A stretch of 39,979 bases of DNA from an uncultured Pseudomonadales bacterium. GTDB taxonomy: Bacteria > Patescibacteriota > Microgenomatia > UBA1400 > PJMF01. Below the pieces are notes generated by a model. It saw only the letters and a list, made by a program, of their open reading frames with translations, made no database searches and was not told the DNA's origin. The DNA lies in NCBI GenBank assembly GCA_964423285.1, contig CAYREI010000005.1, positions 1-39,979 of the forward strand, read 5' to 3'. The first letter of the stretch is position 1; each line of letters begins with the position of its first letter. Positions 4,894 through 14,681 of the stretch are shown here, piece by piece. Both the position numbers and the translations under genes were made by a program.

Positions 4894-6000
4894 CTAAATA
4901 GGAATAGCAACAGTGAATGTTGTTCCTTTTTTAATTGCGCTATTACAACTAATAGTTCCTTTAAAAATATTTTCAATAGTATTTTTAGTTATTGTTAATC
5001 CTAACCCAATGCCCATATTCGGATTTTTAGTTGTGTACATTGGTTCAAAGATTTTTTGTTTATTTTTAGTAGAAATTCCTGCTCCAAAATCTTGTATTTT
5101 TAATACTAATTTTTTTTGATTTTTACTAAAATTAATAATAATTTGTCGATTCTGTTTTCTCTCAATCTGATAGTAAGAATCTATGGAATTTGATATTAAA
5201 TTTATTATAACTTGAGCAAATTTATTAGCTGGTCCTAATATTAGACTAGAATCAAGCTCTCGGATTATTATGTCAACATGATTTATATCTGCTTTTGGAG
5301 ACATAATTCGGATCGCTTGTTTAATATATTTAGCTGGAGAAAATTTTATTATTTGATTTTGATTGCTTAATTGTAGCTGGGTAGAATTGATGAATTTTCC
5401 AATGAATTGGATATTTTCAAAAGCAAGCTTAATTTTTTTTAATTTTGATTTCGACAAATCCCTATTATTGTAAAGCTGCTCTAGGTTTAAAGAGGCACTA
5501 GTTAATGGATTTTTAATATCGTGAAAGATTTCAATCGCAGATCGACCAACTTCAACAAATTGCTGCCACTGCATCATTTTTTCTATTTGAGCTAATCGAA
5601 TTTGCCTAGTTTGTTTTTTAACTCTTTTTTTAAGTAGTCTTTTTTCTTTTTCTAATAATTTTTCTGATAGTATTACTTTTTCTAATACTTTATGAAGTTT
5701 GCGGTTATATAGCCAGCTAACTAGAAAAATAACAAATATAGATATGGAGACTGTGATTGCATTAAATATATCTTCATTTTCAACCCTCCAACTATTGTCT
5801 ACAGGTAGCAAGGCTTGATGTTGAAGATGAGTCAAACTAATTAAAAATAAGCTGGTAAATAAAGTAATAATTAAAGCTGTTCCAACTAAATATAAGCCTC
5901 CTGTTAATAAGACATGGAAAATTTGTCTTTTTTTATAATCTACAACTTTTTTAACTATCGAGGAACCTGATTCGCTAAAAAAATTATTTATTTTATTCAT
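4894..6000 (-). CDS. Sensor histidine kinase
   Basis: Two N-terminal TM segments, an H-box (EIFHDIKNPLTSA), an N-box (INLISNSIDS), G-boxes (QDFGAGI, GIGLGL). The stop lies 4 nt from the response-regulator gene. Confidence 0.9.
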   Translation of the reverse strand: MNKINNFFSESGSSIVKKVVDYKKRQIFHVLLTGGLYLVGTALIITLFTSLFLISLTHLQHQALLPVDNSWRVENEDIFNAITVSISIFVIFLVSWLYNRKLHKVLEKVILSEKLLEKEKRLLKKRVKKQTRQIRLAQIEKMMQWQQFVEVGRSAIEIFHDIKNPLTSASLNLEQLYNNRDLSKSKLKKIKLAFENIQFIGKFINSTQLQLSNQNQIIKFSPAKYIKQAIRIMSPKADINHVDIIIRELDSSLILGPANKFAQVIINLISNSIDSYYQIERKQNRQIIINFSKNQKKLVLKIQDFGAGISTKNKQKIFEPMYTTKNPNMGIGLGLTITKNTIENIFKGTISCNSAIKKGTTFTVAIPI

Positions 6001-6003
6001 TTT

Positions 6004-6690
6004 TTAACTAGCTTTATCAGATTTGTCGTCGCAAAGTTTATATCCTATCCCATGAACTGTTTTGATAATATTATTATCAGAGATATTTTTAATTTTTTTT
6101 CTGATGTTAAAAATATGAACATCGATTGCATTACTATTAAAATTTTTTTCACCTTCCCACACATGTTCTAATAGTCTTAATCTAGAGATAGGAGTATTTT
6201 TATAATGCGCTAAATATTGAAGTATTAGATATTCTTTTTTGGAAAATTTAAGAATTTTACCTTCATAAAATATATTTTTAGTATTCAAATTTATTGATAA
6301 TTTTCCGATAGTTATAATATTATTTTTAATATTTAGGCTCCTTCTTAACAACGATCTAATCCTTGCTTTAAGTTCAATTAGATTAAAAGGTTTAATAACA
6401 TAATCATCGGCGCCTGTATTCAAAAGACTAACTTTACTATTAATCGAATCTTCCCCAGTGAGAATTAATATTGGCGTTGTTAAACCTTCTCTTCTTAATT
6501 CTTCACAGACTTCTGCTCCATTTATATCGGGCAATTTAAGATCTAGTAATATTAGGTCGTATTCATTAGTTATTGCTTCGTAAATACCTTTTTTTCCAGT
6601 TAAGGCTATATCTGTAACGTAGCCTTGAGATAAGCAGTTTTGCAAAGATTTAGCTAGAGATTTATTATCTTCAATTACTAAAATTTTCAT
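6004..6690 (-). CDS. OmpR/PhoB-family response regulator
   Basis: Receiver domain (MKILVIEDN..., DLILLDLKLPD, KPF) plus a C-terminal winged-helix Trans_reg_C region (LSKKEYLILQYL..., VHGIGYKL). Confidence 0.95.
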   Translation of the reverse strand: MKILVIEDNKSLAKSLQNCLSQGYVTDIALTGKKGIYEAITNEYDLILLDLKLPDINGAEVCEELRREGLTTPILILTGEDSINSKVSLLNTGADDYVIKPFNLIELKARIRSLLRRSLNIKNNIITIGKLSINLNTKNIFYEGKILKFSKKEYLILQYLAHYKNTPISRLRLLEHVWEGEKNFNSNAIDVHIFNIRKKIKNISDNNIIKTVHGIGYKLCDDKSDKAS

Positions 6691-6784
6691 AAAAAACTCA
6701 AATCAGTATATCAGTATTTTATTAAAAAAATATTAATTTTCTATCTTCATCATCCTCTCCTAGTTTTCCGCTATACTATTTTCA

Positions 6785-7383
6785 ATGCCCGCAAGGTTTT
6801 CCTCCCGTCAGAATCTTCCCACTTCGCCTGGTATGTTTAGTACTCTTGGTCCATCATTTATCCTTTTAGGTCTAGCTCTTGGCTAAATTCTTAGTTTTTT
6901 GGCCAGGGTGTAAATTCTGGCTTGAGTTTTCTTCATATTGAGTCTGCAGCTATTGCTAGTCACACCACACCTCTAATTGGCACCTTTTTCTTACTAGTAG
7001 CTGCATTAATGCTGTTTTCTACCCAAATGGGGATTCTGGAGTCATCATCACGGATTATCTCGGAAAATGTGGTTCTTTTATTCTATAAAAATGGCAGGAA
7101 GTTTAACTTGAGCCTAGGGTTCTATCTTGCTCTCTGGGCACAAATTTTACTCGGCATCTTCATCTATTTTTCGGGTTTTCGTGAGCCGCGCTTCTTGTTA
7201 ACTTTGGGTGCGGTTTTAAACGCCGCGGCCATGATGGTTTCCTTGCCATTACTATTTTTATTAAACAGAAAGAAACTCCCCAAGGTTTATCAGCCAAATT
7301 TGATTCGCAAATTCATTATGTTAATTGTGTTTTTATTTTTTGTGGGGTTTGCGGTGATAATATTACGAGACTTTAAGATTTAG
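6785..7383 (+). pseudogene. Nramp-like divalent-metal transporter remnant (frameshifted, internally deleted)
   Basis: ATG 6785 opens MPARFSSRQNLPTSPGMFSTLGPSFILLGLALG, then a stop at 6884-6886. This resembles the Nramp N-terminal TM1 region. Another frame then reads AKFLVFWPG. ORF 6922-7383 (TTG start) looks like the last 4-5 TM helices only. The total is about 200 aa, versus more than 400 aa for intact family members. Confidence 0.5.
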
Positions 7384-7430
7384 CACGTTTTTTACACCTC
7401 CAGTAATCATTGGAGTAGTAATGTGGGTAA

Positions 7431-7664
7431 ATGAGAAGAACCACAATCATTGTTCATCCCGATGTTGAAAAATTTATTAACTCTTTAGACAAACCTACTT
7501 TTTCTAAAGTTTTACGCTCTTTAGATTTGCTTGAAAACTTTGGTTACAGATTAGAGATGCCTCACAGTAAAAAGATTATTCTTTTGCACGGTTTTATTAA
7601 AAAAAAGCAGAAAATTCCTGCTAAGGAAATTAAAAAAGCTCAAATTAAACTTGAATTAATATAA
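7431..7664 (+). CDS. RelE/HigB (Gp49-like) toxin homolog with an apparent internal in-frame deletion
   Basis: The N-terminal part (VEKFINSLDKPTFSKVLRSLDLLENFGYRLEMPHSKKI) joins directly to the family C-terminal motif (ILLHGFIKKKQKIPAKEIKKA). The usual intervening core of about 30 aa (LxELRI...RIFY) is absent. The protein is 77 aa versus about 105-115 typical. Confidence 0.6.
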   Translation: MRRTTIIVHPDVEKFINSLDKPTFSKVLRSLDLLENFGYRLEMPHSKKIILLHGFIKKKQKIPAKEIKKAQIKLELI

Positions 7665-7686
7665 CGTATATGTTATATTTCGTTTT

Positions 7687-7959
7687 ATGAAAGATTACCA
7701 ACAATTTAAAAAAGAGGCTCTAAAAGATAAGGAAATTAAGTTAGCTTATGAAGATTTGGCTTCAGAATATAAATTAATTGAGTCTTTGATTGAAAAACGT
7801 TTAAAACAAGGCATGACTCAGCGTGAGTTAGCATTAAAAATTGGTACCAAACAATCTGCGATTTCACGCCTAGAATCAGGAAATTATAATCCCTCTTTAG
7901 TTTTTTTACATAAGGTAGCCAGCGGTCTTGGTGCTAAGTTAAAATTTCATTTTGATTAA
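7687..7959 (+). CDS. XRE-family HTH antitoxin (HigA-like)
   Basis: MTQRELALKIGTKQSAISRLESGNYNPSLVFLHKVASGLGAKL is a canonical Cro/C1 HTH. It lies directly downstream of the toxin homolog. Confidence 0.85.
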   Translation: MKDYQQFKKEALKDKEIKLAYEDLASEYKLIESLIEKRLKQGMTQRELALKIGTKQSAISRLESGNYNPSLVFLHKVASGLGAKLKFHFD

Positions 7960-7961
7960 AT

Positions 7962-9482
7962 ATGACGATAGATAAAAAATTTCTACTTAAACTTAGTTTA
8001 CTCGGATTTTTTGGTGTTATTGTTTTTCTTTTTGGCCTTAATAAGATTAATCTCATTACAGCCGATATTGGTCGCCATTTAATTAACGGCAAACTTCTAG
8101 AAGAACAAAGTATTTTAGTTTCCACCAATCACTATTCTTACACTATGCAGGATCAACTAGTGACCAATCATCACTGGTTATCTGGAGTTATCTTTTATTT
8201 TATTTTTCAACTAGCTGGTTTTAATGGCCTATCAATATTTTATGCTGCATTATTAACTATTGCTTTTATTTTCTTTTTTTTGATCGGCAAAAGCCATTCT
8301 GGCTGGTGGCCACTAATTTTAACCACCGTTTTATCTTTACCACTCATTGGCTTACGCTCTGAAGTCAGACCAGAGGTGTTTAGCTTAATTTTTCTAGGTC
8401 TAGAGATTTGGTTACTCCTGCCCATTTTAGAAAAAAAGCAGCTTAAGTGGTGGGTGTGGTTGACCTTTGGTTTCATTCAAATTTTGTGGGTTAATCTTCA
8501 TCTCTTCTTTTTTTTAAGTTGGGGAGTAGTAGGGGCGATGTTGATTCAGCAGTTATTACAAAAAAATAAAGTTGCAACAAAGTTTTTAGTTATCTTATTG
8601 GGGATAGTGGTGAGTGCGAGTTTTATTAACCCCTTTGGTTATAAAGGTGTGATTGAGCCCTTTTTTATCTTTCAAAATTTTGGTTACCAACTAGCTGAAA
8701 ATCAAACTCTATCTTTTATGATTGAGCGTTTTGGTACTTTAAGATATTGGCATGGATTAGGTGCAGTTATTTTGGGTCTAGGAACTAGTAGTTATTTGAT
8801 TTGGCGCCACCGTTTTCAATATTTATTTGCAGCTTTATTGTTAATCTCTTTCTCAGTTTTTGCTTTCAGTATGAATCGGTTTGTCCCTATGCTGGGATTA
8901 ATGTTAGTTGGTTTTGGTTCATGGGCAGTGGGGGAATGGTTGAGTAAAAACGAGATTTTAGAAAAGAGTCTCGCTCCATTTTTTTCAGTTTTTTTATTAT
9001 TAGTTTTTATTAGCACTAAAAGTTATTTATCACCTCTTAACCATGGTCTTGGAGTTGGATTACTACCCACAGTAGAAGATTCAGCTCGGTTTTTTAAACA
9101 GTACAATCTATCAGGGCCAATCTTTAATAATTATGATCTAGGCGGTTATTTAATTTATCAGTTTTTTCCCAACCAAAGAGTTTATGTCGATAATCGACCA
9201 GAGGCTTACTCCACAGAGTTTTTTTCTAAATACATTGCCGCTCAGGAAGATGAGGTAGTCTGGCAACAGTTAGACCAAGAGCACAGCTTTGAAACTATTT
9301 TCTTTTATCGCCATGACTTTACTCCTTGGGCACAACCATTTTTAATAAAAAGAATTCAAGATGAAATTTGGATCCCAGTGTATGTGGATGATTTTGTGTT
9401 AATTTTAGTCAAAGATGATGAACAAAACCAACCAATTATTGAAGAATTTCAGCTTCCTCCAGAAGTTTTTATGATTAATTAA
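7962..9482 (+). CDS. Large polytopic membrane protein, possibly a GT-C-type glycosyltransferase
   Basis: 506 aa with about 11-13 hydrophobic helices followed by a soluble C-terminal domain of about 130 aa. The functional assignment rests on architecture only. Confidence 0.6.
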   Translation: MTIDKKFLLKLSLLGFFGVIVFLFGLNKINLITADIGRHLINGKLLEEQSILVSTNHYSYTMQDQLVTNHHWLSGVIFYFIFQLAGFNGLSIFYAALLTIAFIFFFLIGKSHSGWWPLILTTVLSLPLIGLRSEVRPEVFSLIFLGLEIWLLLPILEKKQLKWWVWLTFGFIQILWVNLHLFFFLSWGVVGAMLIQQLLQKNKVATKFLVILLGIVVSASFINPFGYKGVIEPFFIFQNFGYQLAENQTLSFMIERFGTLRYWHGLGAVILGLGTSSYLIWRHRFQYLFAALLLISFSVFAFSMNRFVPMLGLMLVGFGSWAVGEWLSKNEILEKSLAPFFSVFLLLVFISTKSYLSPLNHGLGVGLLPTVEDSARFFKQYNLSGPIFNNYDLGGYLIYQFFPNQRVYVDNRPEAYSTEFFSKYIAAQEDEVVWQQLDQEHSFETIFFYRHDFTPWAQPFLIKRIQDEIWIPVYVDDFVLILVKDDEQNQPIIEEFQLPPEVFMIN

Positions 9483-10066
9483 AAACTAGCTCCATGTCCG
9501 GCGTACATTTGCCTTGAGCCAGGCAGTTCTTTAATTCTCATTAGAGATCGCTGCATTTTTTTAGGACTAGAGTAACTTAAGTCTGTTCTGCCAATGGCAC
9601 CATCGGCAAACAGCGTATCGCCAGTGAACATGACTTGATTATTATATAGACAGACACTCCCCAGAGTGTGCCCAGGAGTATGAAGGACAGTCAAAGTTTC
9701 CTGCCCAAATTTAATTTTCTCGCCATCTTTAAGAAATTTGTCTGGCTTGGGAGCTGGATCTACCTTCATCTTTAACCAGTGTTGGGCTCGTTTTTGAACA
9801 CTTTCAACCAGGAATAGATCTGCTTTGTGGATCATGATTGGTGTTTGGGCAAAGTTAAGCTTCAGCTCCAGTAATCCCAGAATGTGATCAAAGTGACCGT
9901 GAGTGAGAATAATTGCTGTAGGTTTTAAATCAAGTTCTAAGATTTTTTCACTAATAAACCCACCCTCATCGGCTGGGTCAATCACAATTGCTGACTGAGT
10001 TTTTTCACACCAAACTAAATAGCAATTAGTATCAAGCTGTCCTAGTTTAAAAGTTTCAATCTGCAT
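9479..10066 (-). CDS. MBL-fold metallo-hydrolase (glyoxalase II-like)
   Basis: THGHFDH zinc motif, a later HTPGHT, and DTLF. 195 aa. Confidence 0.9.
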   Translation of the reverse strand: MQIETFKLGQLDTNCYLVWCEKTQSAIVIDPADEGGFISEKILELDLKPTAIILTHGHFDHILGLLELKLNFAQTPIMIHKADLFLVESVQKRAQHWLKMKVDPAPKPDKFLKDGEKIKFGQETLTVLHTPGHTLGSVCLYNNQVMFTGDTLFADGAIGRTDLSYSSPKKMQRSLMRIKELPGSRQMYAGHGASF

Positions 10067-10072
10067 GGGTAA

Positions 10073-10690
10073 TTAAATTAGCATTCGCACTATTATATCT
10101 ATCATTGGAGAGATGAGCTGTGAGGCCGGAGAAATTCCTCCCCAAGGCATAATTAGAAAAATCAGAATTAAAGTGCCGTAGCGCTCCATCGCCATTTCAT
10201 AATTATAGGCAACTTCTTGAGGTAGAAGAGCAGTTATAATTTTACTTCCATCTAAAGGATGGACTGGAATGAGATTAAAGATAGCCAACATGACATTAAT
10301 AATCAGGAGTTGAATGAGTGAAAACTGTACTAATTCCCAAGGGAAAATATTGAAATTAATTACTAAAGAAAGAATAACTGCCAGGATTAAATTAGCTAGT
10401 GGGCCAGCTAGGGCAATTAAAGCGCTGTCTCGGACTGGATCTTGGAGATTGTAGGGGTCAAACTGGACTGGTTTACCCCAACCAAACCTAGTGAGCAAAA
10501 TGGCAATAGTCCCCATGGGATCAAGATGGGCTCGGGGATCAAGGGTGAGTCGATTTTGAGCTCGAGGCGTGGGATCTCCAAGATGATCTGCTGCCCATGC
10601 ATGAGCAAATTCGTGAAATGTAATGGCTAGTAGTAAGCCAGGAAAAAGGATTAGAAAAATAATGGGGTTGGAGAATAGAATACTAAGCAT
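10073..10690 (-). CDS. Site-2 protease family (peptidase M50) membrane metalloprotease
   Basis: HEFAHAW (HExxH) in TM1, a NLIPVHPLDGSK motif, and multiple TM helices. Confidence 0.85.
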   Translation of the reverse strand: MLSILFSNPIIFLILFPGLLLAITFHEFAHAWAADHLGDPTPRAQNRLTLDPRAHLDPMGTIAILLTRFGWGKPVQFDPYNLQDPVRDSALIALAGPLANLILAVILSLVINFNIFPWELVQFSLIQLLIINVMLAIFNLIPVHPLDGSKIITALLPQEVAYNYEMAMERYGTLILIFLIMPWGGISPASQLISPMIDIIVRMLI

Positions 10691-10724
10691 GAATGTATAT
10701 TATATGATAAAATACTAAATCTAT

Positions 10725-10946
10725 ATGGCAAGCTTTGATTTTAAATATCCATCTAAGGCCCACGTGGGCAATAAAGTTTCTCACGCCAAGAATCGTACCT
10801 CTCGTATTTTCAGACGCAATCTTCATACTGTGACCGTGATAGTTGATGGCAAAAAAAAGAGAATGCGTGTTCCGACTAAAGTTTTGCGAATGATGAAGAA
10901 ATCTGGAGTAACCACTCATTGGAAAAAACCAGAAGTCAAAGATTAA
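10725..10946 (+). CDS. rpmB: 50S ribosomal protein L28
   Basis: GNKVSHAKNRTSRIFRRNLH is the L28 signature. It is small and basic. Confidence 0.85.
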   Translation: MASFDFKYPSKAHVGNKVSHAKNRTSRIFRRNLHTVTVIVDGKKKRMRVPTKVLRMMKKSGVTTHWKKPEVKD

Positions 10947-11839
10947 TTTTTAACGACGTTTTTAACTTCCTGCCAGGGCTTAACTGGCATTCCTTCAATT
11001 TTAACCTTTTCTAAATTTAACAATCCTGTTTGATTTAGCTTGGTGCTGATGATCTGCATGCGACGTTGACCCTTGTTGGTTTGTATTTTAGTCCAGAGTA
11101 AAGGCCAAGGAGAGTAGGCGCGACTGGCTCGCTCCAGTTGGGTGGCAATTTTTTGATCAGTGGTCATGGCTTGGGTGAGTTTAACCCAAGTTATAAAAGC
11201 ATCTTGTTTAGTTAGTCTGTGAGCCAACGGTGTCGGCGAGGCAGTTGTTTGCGGAGTAGGAGAGATACTTTTCTCAGTTAATTGGAGCATCACTGTGGCT
11301 AAGTTTTGGGTGGCTAGCTGAAAGCTATGTTGATAATATTCGGTTTGCGTCCAGTCTTGATCAACCTCAAATTGCTGTTGCCAAATAATTGGACCTTGAT
11401 CAAATTGGGAAGTCATTTGAATAATGCTGATAGCTGAAGTTTTTTCTCCAGTTAATAATACAAATTGAGCTGGAGAACTACCGCGCCATTTTGGTAAAGC
11501 AGAGGGATGAATATTAATGGGCATGATTTTAGGTAAATCTAAGAGCCATTTAGGCACCAAATAGCCAAAATCTACCACTAGTAAAAAATCAGGTTTTCTA
11601 TGGGCTAAAATTTTATTTTTAACTGACTCATCAACTCTATTTTTTATTAGCACTATTGGAATTTGATTGCTATCAGCAAATTTTTGGATAGGATTTGGGG
11701 TTAGCAATTGTTTTCTGCCAATTGGTTTAGCTTCCGGTGTAATAATAAGTGAAATTTCAAATTTAGCATGCTCTAAAAGTGCCTGAGCATACAGCAAGGT
11801 GTGGTTGGTGGTGCCAGCAACGGCAACAGAATATGACAT
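10943..11839 (-). CDS. fmt: Methionyl-tRNA formyltransferase
   Basis: NIHPSALPKWRGSSPAQ motif, a formyltransferase N-domain plus C-domain, and position directly downstream of def. Confidence 0.9.
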   Translation of the reverse strand: MSYSVAVAGTTNHTLLYAQALLEHAKFEISLIITPEAKPIGRKQLLTPNPIQKFADSNQIPIVLIKNRVDESVKNKILAHRKPDFLLVVDFGYLVPKWLLDLPKIMPINIHPSALPKWRGSSPAQFVLLTGEKTSAISIIQMTSQFDQGPIIWQQQFEVDQDWTQTEYYQHSFQLATQNLATVMLQLTEKSISPTPQTTASPTPLAHRLTKQDAFITWVKLTQAMTTDQKIATQLERASRAYSPWPLLWTKIQTNKGQRRMQIISTKLNQTGLLNLEKVKIEGMPVKPWQEVKNVVKN

Positions 11840-12432
11840 TAAATAACTTTAATTAATTCTTTATCTATCTCCATCATTCTTTTACCATCATCACTATAAC
11901 GATAGACTGGTAATTTTTTTTCTAAAGAATAGTCAGTAAAAAGAATTCCGTCCAGATGATCCAGTTCATGTTGCATGATTCGAGCATTAAAACCATCAAA
12001 TCTTTTTTTATGATCATGAAGATTACCATTTTCTAAAGTTTGAAACTCAAGCTCTACCCAGCGATGTCTGGGTATAGGGCCATAGAGTCCAGGTATGGAT
12101 AAACAACCCTCGAGATCTGGATCAGTGGGGTTAACGCCTAAAACCTTTTTTCTTTTACAAGCTTTCACAATCATAGGGTTAATAAAATGATGTATTTTTC
12201 CTTCAGGACGGTCTCCGGGTTGGCCAAGATCTTCATTGAAAGAGAGGCTGGCGGTAAATATGCGCCATAGTTTATCTACTTGAGGTGCAGCTAAACCCAC
12301 CCCGCGTGGATTTCTAGATTTATCGAGGGTTTTTTCTAATTCAGTAATAAATTTAATTAATTGTTCATCTACTTTAGTGATAGCTTGGGCAGTTTTTCTT
12401 AGTGTGGGATGAGGGATGGTAATAATTTTCAT
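11839..12432 (-). CDS. def: Peptide deformylase
   Basis: All three PDF motifs are present: GLAAPQV, EGCLSIPG and QHELDHLDG. Confidence 0.95.
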   Translation of the reverse strand: MKIITIPHPTLRKTAQAITKVDEQLIKFITELEKTLDKSRNPRGVGLAAPQVDKLWRIFTASLSFNEDLGQPGDRPEGKIHHFINPMIVKACKRKKVLGVNPTDPDLEGCLSIPGLYGPIPRHRWVELEFQTLENGNLHDHKKRFDGFNARIMQHELDHLDGILFTDYSLEKKLPVYRYSDDGKRMMEIDKELIKVI

Positions 12433-14531
12433 TTGAGTTCAATTAATTTTTGATTTATTTTTTGATTATTTTGAGTAATATGATCATAAATGTATTGATA
12501 TTGCTCTTTAGCTAGTTGGTTTTGTTGTTGTGCTTCATACTGTTTGCCCAAAACCATCCGGGCGGTTTCATAGTTTGGTCTCATTTCAACTGTTTTTTCT
12601 AATGTTTTAATTCCAGTCTTTGTTTGATTAAGACCAATTTCAATCAGGCCTAGATTATACATCAATTTGGCGTCTGTAGGGGCTAATTTTATGGCTATGA
12701 GCAATGCTTCTTTGGCTGAAGTTACTAGGGTTGAGTCAATGGCTGAGAGAGTAATTAAAATTCGAGTTCTAGATTTATGAAAATTGAGGTGACGAGGATT
12801 AAGTTTTAAAGCTAAAGATGACTCGTTTAAAGCTGCTTGTTTGAACTGCGCTGAGGCAGTACTTTGACTTTGTTGATCAAGCGCGACAGTTACTTTACTA
12901 TAAGCATCGGCTAATTGATTGTGATAAAGAGCCTCTTTTGGTCTGAGCTCAACGGCAGTCTGAAGTTGTTCTAATCCTTGAGCAGCATAGTTAGCCTCAA
13001 TATATGATTTGCCAGTTGCATAGATTTTATCGGCTCGCCAAATTTTGACAATTTTACTTATCAAGACGATGGTCACAATACTTAAAACAACTAGCTGGAT
13101 GAGTTGGATGATTGATAAAACTGCTTGTTTAGTGGTCGCTGGCTCAATTTTTTTAGGAGAAACAATGATGGCGGTTGATCCTAAACTAGTAAAAAGCAAG
13201 ATGCTCACTACTACAGTTGAGAAGCCAAAGAAATTAGAAATACTCAAAGCTATTACGCCTGATAAAAGTGCGAGTAACATTGTTTGATCATCTAAATCCA
13301 TTTTTTTCTGAGGATGGAAAATAGCTTGCAGTGAAATGATCCCGAAACAGGCTAATAATAATAAATAACTCAATAAACCCACAATGCCGGTAGTAGCTAA
13401 GAAGTTTAAGAGTTCGTTGTGAGCTTTATTATAAAGAAAATCCCATTCTGAAACTAAATTATGAGCCATGGGTCGATCTTGGTAATAGCTATAGGCAAAA
13501 GTTTCCACTCCAGAGCCAAGTAGAGGATAACGCTTCCAAACATTGATGGCTCCCTGCCAAACAATTTTTCTGATTTCTCCAGAGTCAGTCCCACCAATTT
13601 CTAGTCGGTTTACTGGTTGAGTAGTTGTTGGGGTAGGAATAGCTGAAGATTTATTAGGATGAAATATTTTTAAGATCGAAGGAGTGAAACTGCTCCCAAT
13701 TAGAGCTAGAGTTACTGCTAGGGCGCTGATTAAACCCAGACTTTTAATAAGTAGGGTTTTGTTTTTCTTATTTTTATATTTAAGCCAGATCAAACCTAAT
13801 CCCAACACAATCATGCTGGCGCCAAAACCCATGAGTCCAGAGCGGGACTGGGTAAAAAGTAGGGTCAAAAATAGAGTTAGAGTGGTCAAGCCAAATAAGA
13901 TTTGTTGCCATTTTTTTTGATTTTGAGCAAAGAATGATATTCCTAAAGGAATAAGAGTAATCGCATAAGCTGCTAGCCAATTGGGCTGACCAAAAGTAGC
14001 AAAAACTCTGGTTTTAACATCTTGAACCCAACAAGCTACATCAAAATTTTTAGTTATTAATAAACAACTTGGAGAGTGTCCAAAATGTTCGGGAATAGCA
14101 TAGAGAGTTACACCTAAGGCAGCTATAAAAATAGTTAGCCACAGCTTTTGAAGTTCTTTTTTAGAAAAATTACTTACCAAAGCATAAAAAAGTAGCACAT
14201 AAGTCAAAGTAGAAAGTAGGCCGCCGTGAAATCTGGTGTAGTAACCCATGATTGAAGTAGGGGGGTGAATGGAGAAAATGGTGGAAAGAGTTTGTGAAAC
14301 TACAAAAAATAAAATTGGCCAATCAAAGACAGTTTGGTGAATGATAATTTTCTTTTCTAAGACCATTCTGCTAGCCCAAAGTCCTACGATGAGGGTGGTA
14401 AAACCATAAGTCAGCAGCATTTTGGGAAATTCAAATAATTCTTCATTAACCCAAGTGAAAAAGAACGGCACCGTCATAAAGAGGAGATGAAAGAGGACAA
14501 TAATGAATTTTTGCAAGCGCTTGCTATTCAT
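12429..14531 (-). CDS. O-antigen ligase (Wzy_C)-like membrane protein with a C-terminal TPR domain
   Basis: More than 10 TM helices, the motif NKAHNELLNFLATTGIVGL typical of the O-antigen ligase family, and a C-terminal region of about 200 aa with TPR-like repeats (ALYHNQLADAY..., AKLMYNLGLIE...). Confidence 0.75.
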   Translation of the reverse strand: MNSKRLQKFIIVLFHLLFMTVPFFFTWVNEELFEFPKMLLTYGFTTLIVGLWASRMVLEKKIIIHQTVFDWPILFFVVSQTLSTIFSIHPPTSIMGYYTRFHGGLLSTLTYVLLFYALVSNFSKKELQKLWLTIFIAALGVTLYAIPEHFGHSPSCLLITKNFDVACWVQDVKTRVFATFGQPNWLAAYAITLIPLGISFFAQNQKKWQQILFGLTTLTLFLTLLFTQSRSGLMGFGASMIVLGLGLIWLKYKNKKNKTLLIKSLGLISALAVTLALIGSSFTPSILKIFHPNKSSAIPTPTTTQPVNRLEIGGTDSGEIRKIVWQGAINVWKRYPLLGSGVETFAYSYYQDRPMAHNLVSEWDFLYNKAHNELLNFLATTGIVGLLSYLLLLACFGIISLQAIFHPQKKMDLDDQTMLLALLSGVIALSISNFFGFSTVVVSILLFTSLGSTAIIVSPKKIEPATTKQAVLSIIQLIQLVVLSIVTIVLISKIVKIWRADKIYATGKSYIEANYAAQGLEQLQTAVELRPKEALYHNQLADAYSKVTVALDQQSQSTASAQFKQAALNESSLALKLNPRHLNFHKSRTRILITLSAIDSTLVTSAKEALLIAIKLAPTDAKLMYNLGLIEIGLNQTKTGIKTLEKTVEMRPNYETARMVLGKQYEAQQQNQLAKEQYQYIYDHITQNNQKINQKLIELK

Positions 14532-14681
14532 AATAGATAGTATACATAGCTCAAGTGGTTTAATCCTTAGAAAAAAGGTGGTGAAAGCCTGTTAGATCAG
14601 CTGCAATTTGATTCAGTTGCGATAAGGCTGGTCTTTTATCAAGTTTTTTTTAACAATTTAATTTATAATGTAATAGAAATT

